Assembly (NCBI GenBank): GCA_964016885.1
Contig: OZ024741.1
Coordinates: 335,544,001-335,608,000 of the forward strand
Reading direction: 5' to 3'
Length of the DNA stretch: 64,000 nucleotides
Source of the DNA: Eledone cirrhosa
Taxonomy: Eukaryota
The notes beneath the pieces were generated by a model. That model had not been told where the DNA came from and did not search any database. It saw nothing but the letters and a program-made list of their open reading frames with translations. Made by a program: the position numbers and the translations under genes. Shown piece after piece: positions 25,381 to 38,075 of this stretch. Each line of letters starts with the position of its first letter. Within the stretch, counting starts at the first letter, position 1.

Positions 25381-26756
25381 TGAAGTAGGCGAATGTTACT
25401 TTATTTTATCAACCCCTTAAAGATAAAAAGGCAAAGCTAACCTCGGTGGGATTTAAATTCAGAATGTAAAGGGCCATAACTATATGCTACAAAGTATATC
25501 CAATGCCCTAATAATACTGCCAATCCACTATGCTCTAAATTATATAAGGTATATTATTTTCTTCTTTAAGCATTTAAGGTCATTTTTCCTGATAGAGAAG
25601 GCGTTAGCCTTGTACACCTTCATGAAGTTTTTTATGAGTCAATGTCATACGGTAGAATGCCCTCTTTGATGCCAACAGTTTTAGTTGACTTACATCATGC
25701 AGTGATAGGGTGTATCTATTTTAAACTAGATATTGCAAAAAAGGTATATATGTAAAGTAAAAATTTTTGCCTCAATTTTTAAGTTAATGGGTTTTGTTTT
25801 GTGAAGGCGCATGGCTTAGTGGTTAGAGCATTGGGCTTGCAATCAAAAGTTGTGAGTTCAATTCTTGGACCGGGTGATGTTTTGTTTCCTTGAGCAAGAC
25901 GCTTTATTTCACGTTGCTCCAGTTTGCTCAGCTGTAGAAATGAGATGAAGAAGTACCGGCCTGCCCGTCCAGCCAGTGGGATGGCATTATCTTATGGTTA
26001 AAACAGCACGACGTGCTGTGAGCAGCAGCGCCAAATGGACGCCCGACAGCCTGGTCGGTCAAGGTGATCAAGGTGAGGGTTTTGTTAGTTGTCATATATC
26101 TGACATATCTCCCAAACTGATGTCACCATCATGATCACTAACATCACTATCACCATAATATCACTACCACCACCACCATCATCATTGGCATCACCACCAC
26201 CATTACCATCATCACTGCCACCACATCATCCTCACTAACATCACCACCACCACCACCACCACATCTACTGCCACTATGACCATCACCATACCCACTATCA
26301 CTATCACAACCACTGCCACTGCCACTGCCATCACCACCATCTTCATCACCATCACTTATTTTACCTCTTCTCCATCATCAAGTTTTACATTTGTTTTTCC
26401 ATGCTGGCGTGGGTTGGACAAGATTTTCTGAGATAGATTTCTATGCTTGAATTTTAAATAAAGTACAGATCTTCATAAGCCTAACAGTTGAGCCTATGTT
26501 TCTCTGTTTACATAAAATGTAAACAGATATCAACACCTCTATTAGCCATGCTTACATATGTTTCTACACACTCCTGAGGGAGTGTACTGGATGGATTTTG
26601 TGGCACCAGGGGCTTTATCAGGAACTTTTCTATCAAAAGGGCTAATTTGACTTTTTATTTAATGAGGTCCACTTTAATTTGATTGGTCACCTTTTGAAAA
26701 GATTTGAAAATTTATTTGAAATAATCTTTAAAAAAAATTCAGAGTTAAAAAGGTAT

Positions 26757-27472
26757 TATTGTCCATAATAATAGGATAGTAGATTGGCAGCAATTGGTAG
26801 AACATTGGTACCATGCTTCACAGCATATAGTTGTGTCCTTTTATGTTCTGAGTTCAAATCCTTCCGAGGTTAGTTTTGCCTTTCATCCTTATGGAGGTTG
26901 ATAGAATAAAGTCCCAGTAAAACTTACTAGGGTCAATTTAATTGACTTTTTCCTCTCCGAAATTGTTGGCCTTGCACCTAAATTAGAAACTGTTATTGTG
27001 CATAATAATAGGGTTGTGGATTGTCAGTGATCAATAAAGTGTAAGATATGCTTTCTAGCATATAGTTATGTACCTTTACGTTTTGAGTTCAAATGCCACC
27101 TAGGTTAGTTTCACCTTTCATCCTATTGTGTTCAATAAAATAAAGTACCAGTAATGCACTATGGTCGATTTAATTGAGTTTCCCCTCGCTCTAAAATTGT
27201 TGGCCTTGTGCCTAAATCAGACACCATTATTTTCCATAATAGGGATGTGGATAGGCAGTAATTGGTAGCTCATTGGATACCATACTTTGTGGCATATAGT
27301 CATGTCCCTTTACATTCTGAGTTCAAATCCCGCCGAGGTTAACTTTGCTTTCATCCTTGTGGGGTCAATAAAATAAAGAACCAGTAATGCACTGGGGGTT
27401 GATTTAATCATCTTGCCTGCCTCCCCAAATTATTGGCTTTGTGCTTAAATCAGACACCATTATTGTCCATAA
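26757..27472 (+). mobile_element. Three head-to-tail full SINE copies
   Basis: Period about 235 bp, with an ATTGTCCATAAT-like spacer at ~26758, ~26996, ~27229 and ~27462. Confidence 0.85.
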
Positions 27473-27559
27473 TATGAATTTTAAAATAAGAATTATATGC
27501 TCAAATATAAGCTGATACAAATATAAGTTGACTTTAGGTGAGAAATGGGCAAAAATCTT

Positions 27560-27860
27560 CTTATTCCTGAGAAGGTTGCAGGGGCACAGTCCTAAAACAC
27601 TACTTCTGGTGGGTCCTGTCAGAAGCAACCATCTCCAACTGATCTGGCTGAATCCTCAAGAGAGACCAGCCAAGCTCATGGATGTTATCCAACCATCTTG
27701 CTCAGAGTCTGCCCCTGGGTCTCCTGCCGGTTAGTTTTAACCTGTTAAGTCTGTCCATTGATTTTATCTTGAAATATTCTCACCACATGCCCCTAGTATT
27801 GGAGCTGTTATCTCTCAATTCAGAGAAGTAGTGGATCTACCTGGAGTGACTCTCTGATCC
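27560..27860 (-). mobile_element. Degenerate RTE 3' fragment inside a DNA transposon remnant
   Basis: The minus strand reads IRESLQVDPLLL*IER*QLQY*GHVVR, typical of RTE C-termini. Confidence 0.65.
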
Positions 27861-28199
27861 AAAAATCCAAACCTTATTTATATAGAATGTGAAGTTGGTG
27901 AAAATTATCAAAATATTAATCCCAAATATAAGCCAACCCTTACCTCCTTCTAACATCGATTTTTTGGTCACATATTCCTCAGCTTATATTTGAGTATATA
28001 CAGTATATTATGTACAAAACTATAGATATGATGGAATTTGATCTCTCAGATAAATATATCTAAAGTCAGTTAAAACCAACATTAATAATGATTTATACTT
28101 ATCCTATATTTCTTCTGTTTGTATTTCATTTATTCTCTTAAACCCCAGTAGTGTGTGTAATTATTTTCTCGATAAATGTTTGGCGTTTGATAAAGATAC

Positions 28200-28470
28200 A
28201 CATATACACATACACACGTGTTGGTGTACACACACATAACACATATACACATGTTGGTGCATACATGCATACACGTGTTGGTGTACACACATATACACAC
28301 GTGTTGGTGTACACACACATACACACGTGTTGGTGCACACATACATACACACGTGTTGGTGCACACATACATACACACGTGTTGGTGTACACAAACATAC
28401 ACACGTGTTGGTGTACACACACATATACACATGTTGGTTTACACACACACATACACACGTGTTGGTGTGT
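28200..28470. repeat. ~24-28-bp minisatellite built on ACACGTGTTGGTG
   Basis: About ten units; eight keep CACGTG and two read CACATG. Confidence 0.9.
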
Positions 28471-28569
28471 GCGTGTATGTCTCAAGATGCAGAGAAGTGT
28501 GTCACTGTGTGAGTATGTGTGTGTGTGTGAAGAGGAAGAGAAGATAAAGTGTATCTCTACATTATCTGT

Positions 28570-29158
28570 GTGTGTGTTTGTGCTTTGTGTGTGTTTGTGA
28601 GTATGTATTTGATCTTGCTGTGTGTGTGAATGTTTGTGCTGTGTGTGTGTGTATGCTGTGTATGTATTCATGCTGTATGTGTGAATGTTTGTGTTGTGTG
28701 TGTGTATGTTTGTGCTGTGTGTGTGTGTATGCTGTGTATGTATTCATGCTGTGTGTGTGTGTAGGCTGTGTATGTATTTATGCTGTGTGTGAATGTTTGT
28801 GCTGTGTGTGTGTGTATGTTTGTGCTGTGTGTGTGTGTATGCTGTGTATGTATTCATGCTGTGTGTGTGTGAATGTTTGTGTTGTGAGTGTGTGTGTATG
28901 CTGTGTATGTATGTATTCATGCTGTGTGTGTGTGTATGCTGTGTATGTATTCATGCTGTGTGTGTATTCATGCTGTGTGTGTGAATGTTTGTGCTATGAG
29001 TGTGTGTATGTATGTTTGTGCTATGTGTGTGTGTGTGTATTTATGCTGTGTGTGTGAATGTTTGTGCTGTGTGTGTGTGTATGTATGTTTGTGCTATGTG
29101 TGTGTGTGTGTGTGTGTATGCTGTGTGTGTATTTATGCTGTGTGTGTGAATGTTTGTG

Positions 29159-29206
<48 letters not shown>

Positions 29207-29560
29207 TTGTGCTGTGTGTGTATGCTGTGTATGTATGCTGTGTATGTATTCATGCTGTGTGTGTGACTGTTTGTGCTGTGTATGTATGCTGTGTATGTAT
29301 TCATGCTGTGTGTGTGACTGTTTGTGCTGTGTGTGTATGAATGTTTGTGCTGTGTGTGTGTGTGTGTATGCTGTGTATGTATTCATGCTGTATGTATGTT
29401 TGTTTGTGTTGTGTGTGTGTATATGTTTGTGTTCTGTGTGTGTGTGTATGTATTTGTGCTGTGTGTGTTCATGCTATGTATTTAAGTGTGTATGCAATCA
29501 TGTTGTGTATGTGTGTGCTACATATGTGTTCATGCTGTGTTCATTATGTGTGTATTTGTG
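28570..29560. repeat. Complex (TG)n-based satellite
   Basis: Recurrent GTATGCTGTGTATGTATTCATGCT and GAATGTTTGTGCT modules. Confidence 0.92.
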
Positions 29561-29833
29561 AAGAGGTAAGAGATTAAATAAATCCTCATTTGCTTATTCC
29601 TGAGAAACCTATCAGAAATTGTTTATTCAGTAAACTAAATAAAATATGAAAGACTATATCTCTGTTAAGTTGACTTTAAATTTCAAGTAGAATATTAGGA
29701 GACAAGCAAGAACAACAGGAAAGTAAAAGTTAATTTTTATATTTTCATTGTTAGTCAGAGAAAGATAGGCAGTGTTTCTGTATTTTTTTAGGGCCTATCA
29801 AATTGACTGGAGGAAGTTTACCTCAGACAGAAG

Positions 29834-29960
29834 ATGTGGTTCAAATGTGGTTCAAATGTGGTTCAAATGTGGCTCAAATGTGGTTCAAATGTGGCTCAAA
29901 TGTGGTTCAAATATGTTTCAAACATAGCTTAAATGTGGCTTAGACATGTCTCAAATGTAG
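29834..29960. repeat. 11-bp tandem repeat (TGTGGTTCAAA)n
   Basis: Seven near-perfect units followed by decayed units. Confidence 0.92.
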
Positions 29961-30132
29961 CTAAAAAATGACTCCAATGTTTGCAGCAGAGTAGATTTTA
30001 CTAAAGCTACATTGTAGTGTTAAACCAACAGACAATGGTTGTCTATCACCCTAGAACTGAACTGGAACATTTTAGCTGATAGGCTTCCACACAGTTTCTG
30101 CCTACTAAATTTCATATCTCAGGCTTTTGGTT

Positions 30133-32372
30133 TATTTGAGGCCATCTGACCTTTTGCCGTCTCCTCGATCCAGCCCCACCGGCTCGAACTGGGAAGGGAA
30201 ACCTGCAGCATCCAAGCCATGCTTAATGACCTCATTGAGGGCAGTATTGCGTGGAATGCGGCCGGCACTGTGGCAACAGGAAAGCGGGTGGAGGTCGAAA
30301 GAGTCCATGGTGGAACCGCAGCGACATTGGTGTGGCTGGCAGATCCGGAGGCCGAGCCTCAGGTAAACGACGATTCACAGGTTATGGTTGTCTAGCTGTG
30401 TGCCAATGGAGAAGGAGGGCAGAGCATGGAGCCAGGCCCCACTGTGGGGTTTGGAGGCCGCACGAAAACAAGCAAGGCAGTGCTGGTCGAGCTGGCGCGT
30501 GAGCCTGTCTGAGGCCAGGTTGCACTGGATGGCATCCCAAGTGCGTTGCGGGGACTTGACATCAACAGGGGGAGAAGGAGGAGGGACGTCTACTGGGCTA
30601 AGTCCCAGCCGGTCCCACATCTCACAGGCGGCCTCACGTTCTCTGAACACAGAGGGTTCTGTTGTGTTTTGAAGAACCCTGCTGACGAGGACGCGGCACG
30701 AGGTTACCGACGAAAGATACGCCGGCAAAGCTAGTGAGATCGGGGACCGGAGGCCTAGGCCGCCATACCTGACCGGTAAAGTGGCCTGTTGCCACCCTAT
30801 GTCGTCAAACTTGACGTTGCATATCCCCTCGGCTGCTGCTCGGATACAAGTATCGAGGTCAGAGAGGAGAGATGTCTGGGTGTAGCATGGAGCGCTGCGG
30901 AGTGTATAGAGGAGCTTCGGCATGGCGAAGCAGTTCCTCAGCAGAAAGAGAGCTGGGTGGCCGTCAATCAAGCCCAATCGGCTTGTGAGAGTCTGGAGCT
31001 GTTGAGGCCTGGACCTGATGGTGGAGCGGATGGCTGGCGGGTGGATCGGTGACCCGAGGATGAGGACAGCCTCTTTGGGGGTCACCTGAACCTGGCGGAG
31101 AATGGACCGCACGTCCAAGACGGAGGCTGCAAAGCTCACAGCATCGAGGCTGATGTTCACCACCTCCGACTTGGCCGAGTTGACCTGGAGGCCAATTCCC
31201 ACCAGGGCAGGAATCACCGATTGAAGGTCTTGGCAGACCGTCCATACAGGCCCGCAGCTGCTAGCTGGGAAGGACCTGATGGCGGACATGATATCTGCAT
31301 CAGTAGCCACAAGGAGCAGGTGGGGGTCGGGTGGGGTATGGGTCTGAGATCAGTGGGTGGCTCAGGGTGTTTGAGTCACAGAGCAACCAGGATCTCCTCG
31401 GTGGGTTGGAGGACAGTGTCCTCTGAGACAACAACTCTGACTGCGGCCGAGACATCACCCATGATAAGCTTTACGTTTACCTGGTCACGCAAACGCTTGG
31501 CGCTGGCCTCGGGGGTGGAGGATAGGGGGTACCTGAGGGTGGGGTGTGTGGCGTCCCTGGGCACGCTTGGAATGGGCGCTCGCTCAAATGACGAGACATT
31601 GGCCTTGACGAAGGCTGCTGCTGACCGGTCGCCCTGGTCAGCGCCAGAGCTGAGGAGACCGAGGGCGAGTGAGGCGAAATAGAACAGCCGCTCCCAGTCA
31701 CTGGCTCGATTGGAGTCCAAGGTACTCTCAATCGAGGAAGCGAGGGCATCGGCTATCGGCACCCATGCCGCTCTCGGGATCCTGAGTGGGATCATCCGGA
31801 GCCGCCTGAGCCGAGCGATGTTGACCAGCGAGGCTCGGGCGTCGGGCAAGCTCGCTGTCCCATCTGGTGGTGTGCCAGATGGCCGTGGCTGGGAAGACGT
31901 GGGGAAGAGGCAGCTCCTGCACCTCCACGCTGCGAGGGCATTGGAAGCTCGACGAGTCAAGCCAATGCAGGTGAGGTCGTGGAAGCAGCTGCACCCCAAA
32001 CAGTTCCGGCCCTCTTCTGTTTGTTAGTAGTACCGCAAGTGCTGCAGGTGTCGATTTGGAGGTGTGGGGGATGGGGCGTGGGGCCGGGGACTGGGGCACC
32101 GAGCGGCATCAGGAGTGGGTGGCTGGTGTGTGTGGGTGAAAGGGAAAGTGCTGGTAAGAGGGCAGCATAGCTCACCTATATATATGGAGGTGCCAGAAAA
32201 CGGGAGCGAAAAAGGGCTGCATGGAGGGGGAAACACAGGAAGGTATAATGGCAGTAAATGAATGAGTGAATGGATGGATGTACACAAAAAAAAAGGGAAA
32301 TGGGGGGGAAACAAGGGGTTGTTCCCAGCGGAAAGACCCAGAATTCAGCACGCACACATGCGAGCAACTGAG
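30133..32372 (-). mobile_element. CRE-clade non-LTR retrotransposon relic (restriction-like endonuclease type), RT core deleted
   Basis: Motifs LLRNCFAMPKLLYTLRSAPC, WQQATLPVRYGGLGLRS, SGAWLHALP, LRLG, CRCG...H...C knuckle, [33 protein letters not shown] is fused directly to ...IGLQVNSAKSE with no YxDD. TGA stops at 30375 and 31376. Visibly more GC-rich than its flanks. Confidence 0.88.
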
Positions 32373-33856
32373 CAGTTTGTCAAAGACGATATTCTCAATG
32401 GACGCGCTTACAATATTTGAATATAACTGAACCGTCGTGTCATTTAATTTGAAAAGTGGAGCAAAGTAAAAGGAAAATAGTGAATTTGGAGTGTCAATCC
32501 CTTGTGATTTTTTTTTTTTCCCAATACCGGACTTACAGTTTTCCAGGATTTATACTCGTTTTTTTTTGTTTTTTTTTCCCTTCAAAAGGATGGAGGCGTT
32601 TTATCTCCTCATGAAACTGACATTACTTAATGATGTTCGTCGTCTATGGCTTATTCATATGTATTATTTCATAACTCTATAGAACTATTAGAATGTTTGT
32701 GCAGTGTCTGATAGGAGCCTCTTCCACATCGGAAGATCGAAGTGTGTTTTCTTGTCTTCTTCAATACTTTCATAAACGGCTTTGGAGATTTAAAACTTAT
32801 GTTTCAATTGGTGCTTCCATTTCCACACGGTTCTATTGTCTTATTTACAAAAATATATATTTCTATATATTTCTTTATTTATTTCTCTTCTTTTAGTATA
32901 ATATAGCGAGTTGTCACCAGTGATGTTTGAAGTTCCTTGGAGTTCGTCAGAGTATCGCTTAAAGCTTTCTTTGTAGCATGTGTGTGTTTGTGTAGATTAC
33001 CGGTGTATATTGCGAGATGACCACAGTTAAAAAAGGTACTGAATATGTTAGAGTATAGGCATAATATATTTTATTATAGAAATGATTTCTACAGGACTAG
33101 AAATTTTTCATTCAAAAATCACCAAGAAAGTACTATATATGTAAATATATATCTTATTTATAAGATCTATTTATAGCTATCTACATTGATTGAATAAGAT
33201 AAATAGTTTGGCCCAATTTTCAGTCTTTGTTGAAAGTTTTATCGGAAGCTATCTACATCCTTTACAACAATCCAAAGTGAAATATGTATAAACTAAAGGC
33301 TTTGTGTATATATTTACATATACAGTTCTCACTGCTTTGGTTAAAATCCTGAACTGTTTTGTCTGCAGATAGAAATTTTCTATTTGTCAGTGAGTGTTGA
33401 TTAGATCATTCCAAATATGATTTGTGTTGCTTCTGTACAACAATACTGATGGTAAATTCCTGTTATATATGAGGTGTTACTAGTTGACAGAATTGATCTT
33501 TGTACAGTGTTTAATTCTCTGTAGCAGCTATTGGGGTATTTTACCTGATTCTCTAAACTATTGTTTATAGACAAAACAAACCTAGTACACACTGTGAAGT
33601 AGTTGGTATTAGGAAGGACATCCATCCATCCAAACCTTGCCAAAATAGTCTTTGAGGAAGACAAAGTCGTCTGACTTGTCTGATTTTGACTGCAACATGA
33701 CAACTCGTCCAACCCATGCAAGTGTGGAAAATAGATGTAAAATGATGATGATGATATATTTAATTTCAATTAAACAAGTAATCTTATTTTTTATTTTCGA
33801 TCACAATCTTGGTTGTAATTTTCATCACAAGACTTTTTCTTATTTTTTACTTCCAG

Positions 33857-34134
33857 ATTATAAAGCTTACCAAAAAGAAAGAATGGTGACAGTGGACAGC
33901 AAGTCATTGCCTCATATGGTGAACAGACCAAAGGAAGGCATGAACAGCAGATATGCCTGCCAGGTAGCCATTGGTCAAAATGTAAGCTACAGTGGTATAT
34001 CTAATCAAACCTCCTCTATTCCATTAGACAGTAACAACACTAATGTACTTCAACAGCACTGGCAACTACCAACAAGAAACAGTTTTAATTTTTCAAAACC
34101 ACTACCAGCATTGCCGTCCAATGAAGACTCTTAG
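33857..34134 (+). CDS. Candidate host coding exon, product unknown
   Basis: Acceptor TTTTTTACTTCCAG, then a non-repetitive open frame (D)YKAYQKERMVTVDSKSLPHMVNRPKEG...FSKPLPALPSNEDS*. AGAATGG start context at 33883 and an internal AAT|GTAAGC donor at 33982. No partner exons identified. Confidence 0.45.
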
Positions 34135-34215
34135 AAAGTATTCTAATTCTTATTTGTTATCTTATCTTTTCTTTGCTTTTTTTGCTTTTTTTTTTGCTTT
34201 ATCTAACTATCTGTC

Positions 34216-34289
<74 letters not shown>

Positions 34290-34293
34290 CCCC

Positions 34294-34353
<60 letters not shown>

Positions 34354-34416
34354 TGAGTGTGTTCTGTTATTAATTCTGGCAATATTACACAAATATGACC
34401 CTCCCCAAGTATAACA

Positions 34417-34452
<36 letters not shown>

Positions 34453-34507
34453 CTATATATATATATATATATATTGGCTTCTTGCTCACATTAATTTCTC
34501 TATTTTC

Positions 34508-34569
<62 letters not shown>

Positions 34570-34667
34570 GATATATGTATAGATATATATTGTTTTTTTT
34601 GTTTATTTTTATATATTTGCTTTACCTATCTATCTACCTACCTACTTATCTATATATATATATATAT

Positions 34668-34786
34668 AGTAGACTGTTAGAGCCTGACAGCTGAGCTCTT
34701 GCCATTTTGACAGTAAATTCTAGAGGCTGCAATTAATTTGCTGTTGAAACAGCGAGAGCTCAGCTGTCGGGCAACAACAGTCTACT
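34668..34786. mobile_element. Fold-back MITE-like element beside a (TA)n tract
   Basis: About 52-bp imperfect arms (AGTAGACTGTT...GACAGCTGAGCTCT... / ...AGAGCTCAGCTGTC...AACAGTCTACT). A partial copy lies at ~42158-42210. Confidence 0.75.
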
Positions 34787-35083
34787 TTATCTACACTCTA
34801 CTATCCTAAGTATTGAGTACTCTGCTGAACAATGGCCTTACTAGTTTAAACTTGTTAAATCCTGATCTCTCTATATATGTATACATGATATATATATATA
34901 TAGAGAGATTTTTTTTTGTTTTTGCTTTATCTATCTACCTATCCATCTGTCTATATCTATATATGTATGTATATATGATGTATTTATATATATATATGTA
35001 TATTGGTTTTGTGAATTGCCATTAGACAAAATACAAACCCTAGTTCATCCATTCTTATTCATATTGATTACAATCATAATCAA

Positions 35084-35151
<68 letters not shown>

Positions 35152-35420
35152 CACTACTACTAATACTACTACCAATTTTACTACTACTACCATCAACCCC
35201 CAATACTACTACTACTACCACTACCACCACCACTACTACTACCAATTTTACTACTACTACCACCACCAACCCCAAATACTACCACCACCGCCACTACTAC
35301 TACTACCAACACCACCACCATCACTACTACTACCAACACCACCATTACTACTGCTACTAATACTACTACCAATTTTACTACCACCACCACCACAATAATA
35401 ATAATAATTATTATTATTAC
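35084..35420. repeat. (CTA)n/(CCA)n microsatellite
   Basis: Read directly from the sequence. Confidence 0.95.
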
Positions 35421-35533
35421 TGGCTTCCTAATGTTTAATGATTTCTAACCAGTATGGTGTTGTTTAATGGACTAGAACAGTATTTAACATCTAAAGACAA
35501 AATTATTATTCATATATCTAATGATATGTATAA

Positions 35534-35568
<35 letters not shown>

Positions 35569-36384
35569 GGGTGGGGAGTATGTGTGTATATGTGTGTGTG
35601 TATATATACATGTGTGTCTGTGTGTGTGTATATGTATATATATGTATATGTGTGTGTATATATATATATATATGTGTGTGTGTATATATATATGTGCATA
35701 TGTATATATATGTATATATGTGTGTGTATATATATATATATATGTGTGCATATGTATATATATGTGTGTGTATGTACATGCATACACATATAGTTTGTTT
35801 ATATATACATATATGTATGTATGCACATATACAATGTGTGGCTATGTATGCATATATAGATATGTGTATGTGTGTTTATGTATACGCACATGTATGTTTG
35901 CATACATTCACACACATATATATATAAACATGTATTTATGTATATAGATACTTTAATTTTTAGCCTATAATGTATTTGAGCAGAATTTGTTAATGTATCT
36001 GATTAAAAATGAATGCTAAAACTCTCTCTCTCTCGCTCATTCCTCCCTCTCTTTCTCCATTTTATTTCCCCCTTTCTTTCTCTCATTCCCCCTTCCCAAC
36101 CTCTCCTCTCCCCCCTCTTTCATTTCAATTCAGAATATTTTACACTTATTGCTCTAAGCATGTAAATCTTTATTACAAAGGGAAACATACATGAATAATG
36201 CATAAAAATCGTGATAATTTCAAGCATATTTAAAATGTCATCTATTTCACTACAAAGCAAAATTCTTTACTTTTCCTGGAAAGTCAAATATTCTGAAAAT
36301 ATTTGCATTAATATTGTTAAGTCTATATTTTGGAAAAGAAGATTAATTTTTAATAGAGAAATTATATATATATTTATATATATA

Positions 36385-36433
36385 TATATATATATATTAT
36401 TTTAATGTATATATATATATATATATTATTTTA

Positions 36434-36471
<38 letters not shown>

Positions 36472-36575
36472 TTAATGTATATATATGTATATATTATTTT
36501 AATGTATATATATATATGTATATATTATTTTAATGTATATATATATGTATATATTATTTTAATATATATTAATAT
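36385..36575. repeat. AT-rich minisatellite: (TA)n-TTATTTTAATGTA units
   Basis: About six units, variable in TA length. Confidence 0.88.
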
Positions 36576-37032
36576 GTATATATATTTATAAAATATATGA
36601 ATATATATATATTTTCATATATGCCATGAACATTATTATTTTACATTCTGTAGAATATTGTTGAAGATATTGTCTTTTTACAAGTTAGCCCTTGTTGCCA
36701 TTTAGACTGTTTTTCTTCTTTACATGTTAGCCCAATTAAAAGATTCTGTTTTTGCTATCCTTACCACCACTAAGGCAGTCAATTAACAGAGTTAGGTTAT
36801 TGATTAGAATGCTTTGCAGTATTTGTTCTGGTTCTCTGTACTCTGAATTCAAATCCCAATGCAGTCAGCCTTACTCTTCATCTTTTCTAGTTCCATAAAA
36901 AAATGTACCAGTTCTGTACTGGGGTTGATTCTTCTTCTTTATCTCTTTCTCACTTCCTCTCTATTATGCTCTCTCTTCTCTGGAAGAACTCAGTTGTGTT
37001 CAAACATGAAGAGGGGATTGGCTCTGTCAGGT

Positions 37033-37527
37033 TTAACCCTTTCATGAAATACACTCTATTTCAATAAATTAACGAAGAGAGATTTACTAAAATTATCAAT
37101 TATTTCATTACTAAGATAGGAACTTATATAAAATTATATTGGAAAATTTTAATACAAATTGGAAACCTTTAAAATAATGAAATAATAATAATGAAAATTA
37201 TTGTGTACAATGCTCAGGTGCACTACAACTCATCAAAGGTGCATGTAGAGAACATAGAATAATGTACAATGTCAGGAAAGTGAACAGTATACGAGTTATC
37301 ATATACATGTGTGCGTGTATATGGAGGAGGAATATCAGATGTAGTGTTGGTGAATTTCGGAAGGTTTTGAAGGATGCAGCATCCCGACATCTAACAACGA
37401 TTGCAGGTAGTTTGTTCCATGCTTCAGCAACTCTGAACGCGAGAAAATTTTTCCAAAATTCATGGGGAATGATTATATTTCATTGAATCAGAGCCGGATT
37501 TTGCCGGGTTGGCAACAAAAGAGTTAA
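37033..37527. mobile_element. piggyBac-type MITE (family B) in a SINE, itself carrying a CR1 fragment
   Basis: TTAACCCTTTC...CAAAAGAGTTAA ends. The host SINE resumes after 37527. Confidence 0.75.
37176..37470 (-). mobile_element. CR1-group LINE 3' end with (ATT)n tail
   Basis: The minus strand reads RVAEAWNKLPAIVVRCRDAASFK. The same 3' UTR recurs at ~43560-43675 (+). Confidence 0.75.
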
Positions 37528-38075
37528 AGTTCTCAAGACATTCCATGCAATATATTACTACAACATGTTTATGACACCAGCAGGCGATACGGGTCCAAAC
37601 ATACATACCATATTTATTACTAAGGCAGAGAATTGTTAAAGTTGTTAGGTATTGGATAGAATGCTTTGTGGTATTTGTTTCTGCCTCTCTCTACTCTGAT
37701 TTTAAATGTCATTGAGGTAAACTTTACCTTTCATTCTTTTGTAGTGAAATAAATAAAGTACCAGTCATGCATTTGGGTTGAGCCTTTTTCTCTGTTGTTT
37801 CCTTTCTTTCTCTCACTTCCTTCCTTTCTCTCCCTCTCTCACTTCCTTTCTTTCTCTCCCAACTTCTCTCTTTTTTACTCTTTTCCATTGTCTTCCCTTT
37901 TTATTTCCTTCTTTTCTTCCAATCTCTCCCTCTCTCTCTCAATTTAACTACAGTCAATCCTAGTCAGGAATAGCCTCCCCCACTGTGCCAGGGTTTAGAA
38001 AATTTGCTATTTTAAAAAGGAGAAGAATGGAGCCAGTTGTTCAGATCAGAATAAGGGAAAATGTTTCCAGTGTTG

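Noticed and set aside
25803-25870. tRNA-like sequence with A and B boxes (and the other SINE heads)
   Set aside because: It continues into a SINE body and tail, and no intact cloverleaf is evident.
29780-29930. Acceptor-like TTTTTTAG followed by a short open frame
   Set aside because: It runs into the 11-bp tandem repeat, with no donor or homology.
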